Below, one piece after another: positions 62,114-64,000 of a stretch of DNA of 64,000 nt (within the stretch, counting starts at the first letter, position 1; every line of letters starts with the position of its first letter). The translations under genes and the position numbers were made by a program. The stretch covers positions 446,274 through 510,273 of the forward strand of contig NIVC01000617.1 in the NCBI GenBank assembly GCA_002269645.1, given 5' to 3'. This DNA is from Macrostomum lignano. Its lineage: Eukaryota. The notes beneath the pieces were generated by a model, which saw only the letters and a list, made by a program, of their open reading frames with translations, was not told where the DNA came from and searched no databases.

Positions 62114-62556
62114 GCTAAAGCTAAGTCGCGAACCAAAAGGTTGATACCTTAAATATTTCTATATAAAATGGCTTTTAGTAGAATCCTCGATGCGGCAAAT
62201 AATGTTATTATTCTATTCCTAAACAAGAATCAATATAAAAACATTCAAATCTCATACCAAATTTTTATTTAGTACTGTAAATGTTCAGGATAATAAAGAA
62301 CTTCAAGAATTAATTAAATTGTTAAAAATCATATTATACTTCAAGAGTTTTGGAAATAGGATTTAAATGGGAGAAAAAAAAGAATCACTCCAATACAATA
62401 CCTATTAAGCTCCGGGCAAATACCCCAAAGAGCGTGGGAATTCATTTTGGTGTATTAAAAATAGACGAGAATGTCGGTATCTGAAGCAGATAAATGGGAA
62501 CGCGACGGTTCAACCAACGTAAAGGTCAGATGTTAAGTAATGTTGATCGATAAATT

Positions 62557-62994
62557 ATGATTATGATTTATATGCTAAAAAGTAAGAAGAGTTTCAAACC
62601 ATATAAGAAATATGGATTTTTCAATATTGGATTTGGAAGCTTATCAATGTTATGTGTAATCGTTTTAGGTATTTTACAATCTATTCCAACTCTTAATTTA
62701 TCTCAATTATTTTTAGGTATTTCAATTGGCTCAATATCAGGTTTTGAATTGATCAGGAACTTATCAATACTTTTAGCAATTAAATTATATCTTAAAAAAA
62801 GAAAGGAAAAATATAAATCTTTAAGAGATGTTGCAAAACAATATAAAAATCAATTATATTTATATGTGCAAAAAATATTGGATGATGGAGAGATAACGAT
62901 TCATGAATTATCAACCGCGGTTGAATTATATGAAAAATATTTAAAAGATAGAAATAGAATTTTGATGTTGAAACTTTTACCGATATGGAATTGA
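62557..62994 (+). CDS. Polinton two-TM membrane protein (resembles the adintovirus GasderminX-type ORF)
   Basis: Two hydrophobic segments, then K..KY.....A......L...VQKILDDGEIT..E.....E.YEKY. Family assignment is from memory, not a search. Confidence 0.5.
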   Translation: MIMIYMLKSKKSFKPYKKYGFFNIGFGSLSMLCVIVLGILQSIPTLNLSQLFLGISIGSISGFELIRNLSILLAIKLYLKKRKEKYKSLRDVAKQYKNQLYLYVQKILDDGEITIHELSTAVELYEKYLKDRNRILMLKLLPIWN

Positions 62995-63208
62995 AGGAAT
63001 TGCGTTTGGACAAACCCAAAGCTCCACTATAGATACATTAGGTATTTACGAACCGAAACTATTGTAGAACTTCAGGTTGTTTAGTTTTTCTAATGCATAT
63101 GTTATATATTCTTCCCAAAGTGGTAACTCTCTTCTGATCCTAGGTTTAAATTTTTTATCAATACATAAAAATTCCAATGACTTTTTCAATAACATTTCGT
63201 TAGGTATG

Positions 63209-63559
63209 TTACCTATCCTTATAAACTTTGTATTCTCTCGAATAAGAAAATTGAAATAATATCCAACTAAAATTAAAATCCTTTCGGTCTTTCGAACTTA
63301 ATCCCTTTCCTTTATTTAAATGGAAAAAGTTATTATATAAATAAACATTATTTCCGGGAATTAAAATTGGATTGGAAATGTCTCTTGTAAGATTTCTTAA
63401 AATTGTGTTTTTAAAATAGTAATATGAGTTTTCAATCTTTTTTATTTTTTCAAATTGATATATTTTAGAACATGAATAACACATATGATATATATCTCCG
63501 TTGCTGTTTGCTCTGTGCATAGTCACATTACATTTATTACAAACATAAATGTCTTTCAT
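63209..63559 (-). CDS. Small zinc-ribbon protein
   Basis: CNKC...CYSC pairs; A-run before the ATG. Confidence 0.45.
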   Translation of the reverse strand: MKDIYVCNKCNVTMHRANSNGDIYHMCYSCSKIYQFEKIKKIENSYYYFKNTILRNLTRDISNPILIPGNNVYLYNNFFHLNKGKGLSSKDRKDFNFSWILFQFSYSREYKVYKDR

Positions 63560-64000
63560 TTTTTTGTTATTTTTTTAGATTAAAAATGGAGAGCTGGTTC
63601 AAAACCGATTCTAATGTGATTAATTATCTCACACCCAATATGTTGGAGAATAAAGAATATAATATTATATGTTTGAGACAGGTTAAATTTATTGGGCTTC
63701 AATCATATTTTTACAATTAGATGGGAAAAAATTTTATGTCTAAGCGGAGATGATGTTAAAAATTTTCCTTTTTAGTTATTAATAAACCAAAAGCGTTTGT
63801 TATGAAATACAGTATGAGGGTGGGTTGCAATTTAAACTAAAACAACAAAAAATAAAAAAGAGTGATAGGACTGTAAAATTGGCTTCGGTTGGGAGGATGA
63901 CCGAATAAGTTTAAATTTTTTATAAGAAAATGGAGACATCGTGCAAAGCACGCGTATCGATGATACGATAAAAATCCTTATCACTAAAGAGGCGCGAACT

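Larger units (their letters stand above)
52173..64000. mobile_element. Polinton/Maverick (adintovirus-like), left part
   Basis: Starts AGTAGT; sharp switch to AT-rich, gene-dense DNA; rve integrase, capsid proteins, A32-like ATPase and adenain-like protease. pPolB and the right TIR are outside the window. Confidence 0.93.

Overview
Repeat-rich animal nuclear DNA; the species cannot be assigned from sequence alone. The only complete host gene is an intronless Frizzled (Fzd4/9/10-like, 17264-19327, minus strand), set among about 25 satellite and microsatellite arrays. Three mobile elements are present. (1) A young full-length Ty3/gypsy LTR retrotransposon (2144-11854, minus; 899-bp LTRs, ATAC target-site duplication, tRNA-Lys primer site) carries an extra J-domain (DnaJ) ORF in the env position. 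(2) A CACTA/EnSpm transposon (44423-51506) has an intact transposase and a spliced DUF4806-like gene, and lies between inverted 20-bp arrays. (3) The left part of a Polinton/Maverick (52173 to window end) encodes integrase, major and minor capsid proteins, packaging ATPase, protease and a fibre protein; its polymerase is not in the window. The main finding is a 301-nt non-spliceosomal insertion (54477-54777, minus) in the Polinton PLA2-integrase gene. It folds by hand into a complete IC1-like group I ribozyme. Removing it restores the PLA2 calcium-loop motif in frame. It ends in A rather than the canonical omega-G and lies next to a free-standing HNH endonuclease gene. All assignments come from manual motif reading; no searches or folding programs were run, so novelty is unverified.
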